Below, one piece after another: positions 57,017 through 64,000 of a stretch of 64,000 nt of DNA. Below the pieces are notes generated by a model. That model saw only the letters and a list, made by a program, of their open reading frames with translations, did no database searches and was not told the DNA's origin. This DNA is from Eledone cirrhosa (lineage: Eukaryota), in the NCBI GenBank assembly GCA_964016885.1, contig OZ024747.1, positions 53,134,001-53,198,000 of the forward strand. Reading direction: 5' to 3'. The translations under genes and the position numbers were made by a program. How positions within the stretch are numbered: position 1 is the stretch's first letter; each line of letters starts with the position of its first letter.

Positions 57017-57232
57017 AATTAGAAACAGAAGCTTTCGCAGTATTTTTGACGAAATACATTTCAGCCTGATAGTGGGGTTTAGAACCCCTTGGGGAAATGG
57101 AAAAAGATGAGTATCGGCATACATGTACGTCAATACTCATCTTTTTCTATTTCTTAGAGGGATGTAAGCCCCACTATTAGTCAAAAATTTTTTAGTCAAA
57201 AATATGGCGAAAGCTTCTAATTCTAATTTCAA
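57015..57232. repeat. Diverged fold-back, ~100 bp arms with a ~18 nt loop
   Basis: AAATTAGAA..AGAAGCTTTCGC...AAAAAGATGAGTAT / ATACTCATCTTTTT...GCGAAAGCTTCT..TTCTAATTT. Confidence 0.7.
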
Positions 57233-57259
57233 ATTTGCTTGCCGTTTCAAAACATACTT

Positions 57260-58245
57260 TTTTGTCACATATACATATATTTCCACCCTCACCACTCTCA
57301 CAGACCCTAACGGGTCATTCCGTATTCGACAGTGCTTCACCTGCACCTCCACCACGTTGTCTATGCCTTCCAGTGTTCCCTTTGCGGGTCCTTATACATT
57401 TTGCTGAGCATTTGAGGGACACACGATTCGGTTTGGATACACCTGTCACCCGTAATTTCCGTTCTCCTGGTCACTCTTCCCTACATGTCTCAGTCCTGGG
57501 TGTCCTTTTACATCACGGATCACAGGCCTCGCGCACCAGGACTGAACAGAGTCTGATATACCGCCTTGGGTCCTGTTTCCTTCATGGACTCAACTCACCT
57601 CCTCAATTTCTTTAATACCACGTCCGTTATCACACACGTGCTTGTGCATTCACCCCTAGATTCCTATGGCTCTCTTATGGCCAGAAACATATACACTTAC
57701 AACTAATACAGACGGACAACATATGCACACTCCACTTTTCCCCTCATAATTCTGAATACACATACACACCCTTATATTAACATAATTTTGCTCATAGCTT
57801 CGTACTTACAAGCACACACACACTCTTTTACTTACACATAAACATATATATCTTCTTAGCTTCATACGGACGTATAATAACACACACACGCATACGCACG
57901 CACACAAGTATAGCTCTTGAGACAAAACGTTTTTTTTTTCCATTTCAGGTAGACGCGCTCCATCATCCAAATTTCTAAATAAATATATCATACACAAAAC
58001 GCCAGCATAAATAGTTTTCCAAGAGATGTCAACATGAATGGACCTATTATTTTTATTTAAAGCCATTGTTTCCCATTGCACCCCGCCCGTCCCTTTAATC
58101 TATCTTATTTCTCATTCTTTCTTCTGATGAAGGACTAGCGTCCGAAACGTTAAAACCCTCTTCCTGCTATTTCAAGCGATAACCTAATATATTCCTTCCA
58201 TATACTGTACAGATTGTGTTGTTATTTATGTTTACCTTTTACATA
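57260..58245 (+). mobile_element. Decayed second PLE (Neptune-like GIY-YIG C-terminus 57260-57615 plus 3' region with hammerhead)
   Basis: FTCTS, frameshifted VVYAFQCSLCG, and EHLRDTR..DTPVTRNFRSPGHS...EQSLIYRLGSCFLHGLN; hammerhead downstream. Confidence 0.7.
58118..58156 (+). ncRNA. Minimal hammerhead with palindromic stem III (dimer type)
   Basis: CTGATGA-A-GGAC-tagc-GTCC-GAAACGTT; stem I is eroded. Confidence 0.7.
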
Positions 58246-58321
58246 CATACATATATATACACACACACACACACATATATATATTGGAAAATTTGTGAAA
58301 TCCTTGGTACTGTTAGGTATA

Positions 58322-58492
58322 TTTAAAAAAAGGGAAAAGAATGACTTCACTTGTTCTAAACAATTTAATTTAATTTAATAATATTATGATTTTACAATTT
58401 GGTTTTGTAGATCTACAAAACCAAATTGTAAAATCATAATATTATAAAACTAAATCAAATTGTTTAGAACAAGTAAAGTCATTCTTTCCCCT

Positions 58493-58501
<9 letters not shown>
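58322..58501. repeat. Loopless palindrome with ~90 bp arms, centred on GTAGA|TCTAC (58411/58412)
   Basis: Direct inspection; the arm resembles 50209-50260; (TA)n on the right. Confidence 0.85.
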
Positions 58502-58551
<50 letters not shown>

Positions 58552-58784
58552 TATAGATAGATACATACCCATAAGGATACAGGGTGTTTACATATGAAGT
58601 GTCTGTGATCATAGATCTGCTGGGACTGACCAATAGATAAACAATACCTTAGTTGCCACTAGCAACAATTACAATATAACAACAGTAATAACAATAACAA
58701 CACCTACCATAATAACAAGAACAAAGATAAAGTGTATGTCATTGAACACCTTCAGTAGTGACGACGAATCTTCTAGATATTTAA

Positions 58785-61700
58785 TCGATGGAGTGTGTAA
58801 CTCGGAGATCAGAGAGTCACTCCAGGTTGAGCCGCTACTTCTCAGAATTGAGAGATCACAGCTCTATATGGGTGTGTGGTTAGACTGTCTCAGGAAAGAA
58901 TCTGTCTCAGGCACAGAATTGTAGTTCGGAGATCAAAGAGTCACTCCAGGTTGAGCCGCTACTTCTCAGAATTGAGAGATCACAGCTCTATATGGGTGTG
59001 TGGTTAGACTGTCTCAGGAAAGAATCTGTCTCAGGCACAGAATTGTAGTTCAGAAATCAGAGAGTCACTCCAGGTTGAGCCGCTACTTCTCAGAATTGAG
59101 AGATCACAGCTCTATATGGGTGTGTGGTTAGACTGTCTCAGGAAAGAATCTGTCTCAGGCACAGAATTGTAGTTCGGAGATCAGAGAGTCACTCCAGGTT
59201 GAGCCGCTACTTCTCAGAATTGAGAGATCACAGCTCTATATGGGTGTGTGGTTAGACTGTCTCAGGAAAGAATCTGTCTCAGGCACAGAATTGTAGTTCG
59301 GAGATCAGAGAGTCACTCCAGGTTGAGCCGCTACTTTTCAGAATTGAGAGATCACAGCTCTATATGGGTGTGTGGTTAGACTGTCTCAGATAAGAATCTG
59401 TCTCAGGCACAGAATTGTAGTTCGGAGATCAGAGAGTCACTCCAGGTTGAGCCGCTACTTCTCAGAATTGAGAGATCACAGCTCTATATGGGTGTGTGGT
59501 TAGACTGTCTCAGGAAAGAATCTGTCTCAGGCACAGAATTGTAGTTCGGAGATCAGAGAGTCACTCCAGGTTGAGCCGCTACTTCTCAGAATTGAGAGAT
59601 CACAGCTCTATATGGGTGTGTGGTTAGACTGTCTCAGGAAAGAATCTGTCTCAGGCACAGAATTGTAGTTCGGAGATCAAAGAGTCACTCCAGGTTGAGC
59701 CGCTACTTCTCAGAATTGAGAGATCACAGCTCTATATGGGTGTGTGGTTAGACTGTCTCAGGAAAGAATCTGTCTCAGGCACAGAATTGTAGTTCGGAGA
59801 TCAGAGAGTCACTCCAGGTTGAGCCGCTACTTCTCAGAATTGAGAGATCACAGCTCTATATGGGTGTGTGGTTAGACTGTCTCAGGAAAGAATCTGTCTC
59901 AGGCACAGAATTGTAGTTCGGAGATCAGAGAGTCACTCCAGGTTGAGCCGCTACTTCTCAGAATTGAGAGATCACAGCTCTATATGGATGTGTGGTTAGA
60001 CTGTCTCAGGAAAGAATCTGTCTCAGGCACAGAATTGTAGTTCGGAGATCAGAGAGTCACTCCAGGTTGAGCCGCTACTTCTCAGAATTGAGAGATCGCA
60101 GCTCTATATGGGTGTGTGGTTAGACTGTCTCAGGAAAGAATCTGTCTCAGGCACAGAATTGTAGTTCGGAGATCAGAGAGTCACTCCAGGTTGAGCCGCT
60201 ACTTTTCAGAATTGAGAGATCACAGCTCTATATGGGTGTGTGGTTAGACTGTCTCAGGAAAGAATCTGTCTCAGGCACAGAATTGTAGTTCGGAGATCAG
60301 AGAGTCACTCCAGGTTGAGCCGCTACTTCTCAGAATTGAGAGATCACAGCTCTATATGGGTGTGTGGTTAGACTGTCTCAGGAAAGAATCTGTCTCAGGC
60401 ACAGAATTGTAGTTCGGAGATCAGAGAGTCACTCCAGGTTGAGCCGCTACTTCTCAGAATTGAGAGATCACAGCTCTATATGGGTGTGTGGTTAGACTGT
60501 CTCAGGAAAGAATCTGTCTCAGGCACAGAATTGTAGTTCGGTGATCAGAGAGTCACTCCAGGTTGAGCCGCTACTTTTCAGAATTGAGAAATCACAGCTC
60601 TATATGGGTGTGTGGTTAGACTGTCTCAGATAAGAATCTGTCTCAGGCACAGAATTGTAGTTCGGAGATCAGAGAGTCACTCCAGGTTGAGCCGCTACTT
60701 CTCAGAATTGAGAGATCACAGCTCTATATGGGTGTGTGGTTAGACTGTCTCAGGAAAGAATCTGTCTCAGGCACAGAATTGTAGTTCGGAGATCAGAGAG
60801 TCACTCCAGGTTGAGCCGCTACTTTTCAGAATTGAGAGATCACAGCTCTATATGGGTGTGTGGTTAGACTGTCTCAGATAGGAATCTGTCTCAGGCACAG
60901 AATTGTAGTTCGGAGATCAGAGAGTCACTCCAGGTTGAGCCGCTACTTCTCAGAATTGAGAAATCACAGCTCTATATGGGTGTGTGGTTAGACTGTCTCA
61001 GGAAAGAATCTGTCTCAGGCACAGAATTGTAGTTCGGTGATCAGAGAGTCACTCCAGGTTGAGCCGCTACTTTTCAGAATTGAGAAATCACAGCTCTATA
61101 TGGGTGTGTGGTTAGACTGTCTCAGATAGGAATCTGTCTCAGGCACAGAATTGTAGTTCGGAGATCAGAGAGTCACTCCAGGTTGAGCCGCTACTTTTCA
61201 GAATTGAGAGATCACAGCTCTATATGGGTGTGTGGTTAGACTGTCTCAGATAAGAATCTGTCTCAGGCACAGAATTGTAGTTCGGAGATCAGAGAGTCAC
61301 TCCAGGTTGAGCCGCTACTTCTCAGAATTGAGAGATCACAGCTCTATATGGGTGTGTGGTTAGACTGTCTCAGGAAAGAATCTGTCTCAGGCACAGAATT
61401 GTAGTTCGGTGATCAGAGAGTCACTCCAGGTTGAGCCGCTACTTTTCAGAATTGAGAAATCACAGCTCTATATGGGTGTGTGGTTAGACTGTCTCAGATA
61501 GGAATCTGTCTCAGGCACAGAATTGTAGTTCGGAGATCAGAAAGTCATTCCAGGTAGAGGTGATACTTCTCCGAATTGAGAGATCTCGTATCCGATAATA
61601 TGGACATGTGGTTAGAATATCTCAGTAAAAACTCGCTGGGCAGATTTCACGGCAAAACCAGCCGACAGGAGGCCCAGGGGTAGACTCCGAGCATGATCAT

Positions 61701-61850
61701 TGGATAACATCCATGAGCTTGGCTAGCTACGGTTGGGGATCCAGTCGGATCAGTTGGAGACGGTTGCTTCTGACAGGACGTGTTGGAAGGAGTGTTTGAG
61801 AACTCTGCCCCTACGACCTTCTCATGAATAAGGGGGCGAAGAAAAAGTAG
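58785..61850 (+). mobile_element. Rex3/Expander-like RTE LINE 3' fragment hosting a tandem array
   Basis: NSEIRESLQVEPLLLRIERSQL and, after the array, RRPRGR...LRLGIQSDQLETVASDRTCWKECLRTLPLRPS. Confidence 0.75.
58802..61529 (+). repeat. Minisatellite of 22 x 124 bp, highly homogeneous
   Basis: Unit TCGGAGATCAGAGAGTCACTCC...GGCACAGAATTGTAGT starts at 58802, 58926 ... ; 2728/124 = 22. Confidence 0.95.
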
Positions 61851-62724
61851 AGGAACACCCTTGTTGTGAACTCAACATGCAAGTGTCTAAGCATTCCACA
61901 TATACCTTAAAGGAATTTTGTGACAAGATCATTATTTTCGATTACAGATACAATACAGCTTAGTGGAGTGGAGCAACCAGAAATAAAGTGTTTTGTTCAA
62001 GGACACAAAACCCTTCCCTGGGAGTCAAACTAGGGGCCCTGAACTCTAACTATGAAATCACGTGTCTTCACACGACGACAATAACAACAATAACAATTAT
62101 ATCAACAGTGTGGTGCTGATTATCCATTTAGTTTAGAAAATGTGATTGGGTCACACGAAGGTATAAACAGTAAACTGACAAAGTTTCTTTGGAGATAACC
62201 TTTTTTACTTCTTTCCTATACAGCCCGGAACACATTTTTGATAATGCTGTATCTGAGAATTTTCTTCCAGACTATTTCTCCAATATCTGATGAAGAATTT
62301 TACAGAGACCTTGTGAGATATTAAACCATCGCCGGGCCCCTAGTTCTTGCGTGCCCCTAGGTTACACCCTAGTGAACGGGTAACTCGGGATCGAGTAAAA
62401 TATATCATATGATGGAATCTAATACAAGGATTAGGTGATGTCACTTCTAGACGAAAAATTTGCTCAATGACCAATAATGTGTTTGCTCCACCAGTATTTA
62501 TATTTAAATTTGGGTGACTTAATTAGACGGTAGATGACAACTGGACATATAATATAATATATATATATATTTGCAGCTATATATAGATATGTATATATAA
62601 TGTGGGTAATAATAAACATTACCCAGTTACAAGTAATGGAAATAGCTCAATGTAAAATGATAAGTATACTACAGAGCCGAAATACAATGTAAATGACTAC
62701 CAAAGAGTGTTTAAAACATTTAAT

Positions 62725-62771
62725 CACTTACGATCGTTTCATCCTAGCACAAGGCCGGGATCGTCGGAGTA
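62725..62771 (-). ncRNA. Degenerate hammerhead-like motif
   Basis: Reverse complement TACT-CCGACGA-TCC...GGA-T-GAAAC-GATC-GTA-AGTG; palindromic GATC loop III; U4C change in the core. Confidence 0.4.
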
Positions 62772-62921
62772 GATAACAAACCTCAAACAGAAATATAATA
62801 TCAAAACTTGTTCACTAAAACATTAGGAGGATACATAATATGGGAGGCTAAATAAACATTTGAAGAATAGGAGCAGATAAATGTAATACAAATTAGGAGC
62901 AGATGAAAGCATTGTGTGTGA

Positions 62922-62982
<61 letters not shown>

Positions 62983-63124
62983 AAGAAACCCATTTATTAT
63001 TTATTTATACATCGCTACGGACGTTTCAGCTCGGCTAGATTTATTAAGGGCTGAAAAGTACATCGAGCTTATCTCTTTTACCAATGAAAAGAGTGTAGTA
63101 CTACACTATAACCTCATATTATAT

Positions 63125-63950
63125 ATATTGTTGTTGTTGGTGTTGTTTGTTTTGATGGTGTTGATGTTAGTTTTGTTGTTGATATTAGAGCTGTTGCTGT
63201 TGTAGTTGGTGATGTTGGGGCTGTTGTTGTTGTTGGTGGTGGTGGTGTTGGTGTTGGAGTTGTTGTTGGTGATATGGTTGGTGTTGTTGTTGGTGTTGTT
63301 TTTAGTTTTGTTGTTGATACTAGAGTTGTTGCAGTTGTTGACGTTGATGTTGTTGGGGTTAGTATTGTTGATGTTGATGTCGATATTGTTGTTGGCGTTG
63401 TTATTGTTGTTGATGTTGATGTTGGTGTTGTTGGTGTTGATGTTGATGTTGTTGGTGTTGTTGGTGCTGATGTTGGTGTTGGTGTTGTTCATGTTGTTGT
63501 TGGTGTTGTTGGTGTTGTCGGTGTTGTTGGTCTTGATGTTGATGTTGGTGTTGTTGATGTTGGTGTTGGTGTTGTTGGTGTTGATGTTGGTGTTGGTGTT
63601 ATTGTTGGCTTTTGTTGGTGTTGTTGGTGTTGATGTTGTTGTTGTTGTTAGTGTTAATGTTGATGTTATTATTGGTATTTATGGTAATGTCGTTGGTGCT
63701 TTTGTTGGTATTGTTGTTGTTGATGTTGTTGTTGTTGTTAGCGTTAATGTTGATGTTATTATTGGTATTTATGGTAATGTCGTTGGTGCTTTTGTTGGTA
63801 TGGTTGTTGTTGATGTTGTTGTTGTTGTTAGTGTTAATGTTGATGTTATTGTTGGTGTTTATTGTAATGTCGTTGGTGCTTTTGTTGGTGTTGTTGTTGT
63901 TGTTGTTGATGTTAACGTTGTTGTTGGTGTTGTTGTTGGTGTTGTTAGTG
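63125..63950. repeat. (GTT/GGT/GAT) low-complexity tract with 3 x ~87 bp tandem units at 63630-63900
   Basis: Direct inspection. Confidence 0.85.
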
Positions 63951-64000
63951 TCAATGCTCTACTACATTGCGATGATGATACTACATTGGTTTCATTCTAT

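Noticed and set aside
58802-61529. CRISPR array or repeat-protein gene
   Set aside because: No unique spacers; 124 is not a multiple of 3 and the units contain stops

Overview
Repeat-saturated, AT-rich eukaryotic (animal) DNA. The SINE families and the extreme (TA)n/(CA)n/trinucleotide microsatellite load suggest a cephalopod such as Octopus (inference). No host protein-coding gene can be confidently identified, and nearly all ORF-track entries are microsatellite artefacts. The only long genuine ORFs are two identical, divergently oriented, 5'-truncated Penelope-like element (PLE) RT/GIY-YIG ORFs forming a ~3.4 kb near-perfect palindrome (24461-27904), with a hammerhead ribozyme in each arm. 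The window also holds several other PLE-type hammerhead motifs, about a dozen (TA)n-flanked fold-back insertions, tRNA-derived SINEs, decayed Tx1/L1, RTE and R4/Dong LINE fragments, Tc1/mariner MITEs, and a 22 x 124 bp minisatellite derived from an RTE LINE ORF. The most novel signal is a covarying RNA motif shared by two otherwise dissimilar non-coding tandem elements (1024-1746 and 47671-50190). It contains the hammerhead core parts (NUH, GAAA, CUGAUGA) with stems I and III, at identical spacing but in a non-canonical strand order, so it is a candidate permuted or trans-assembling hammerhead ribozyme.
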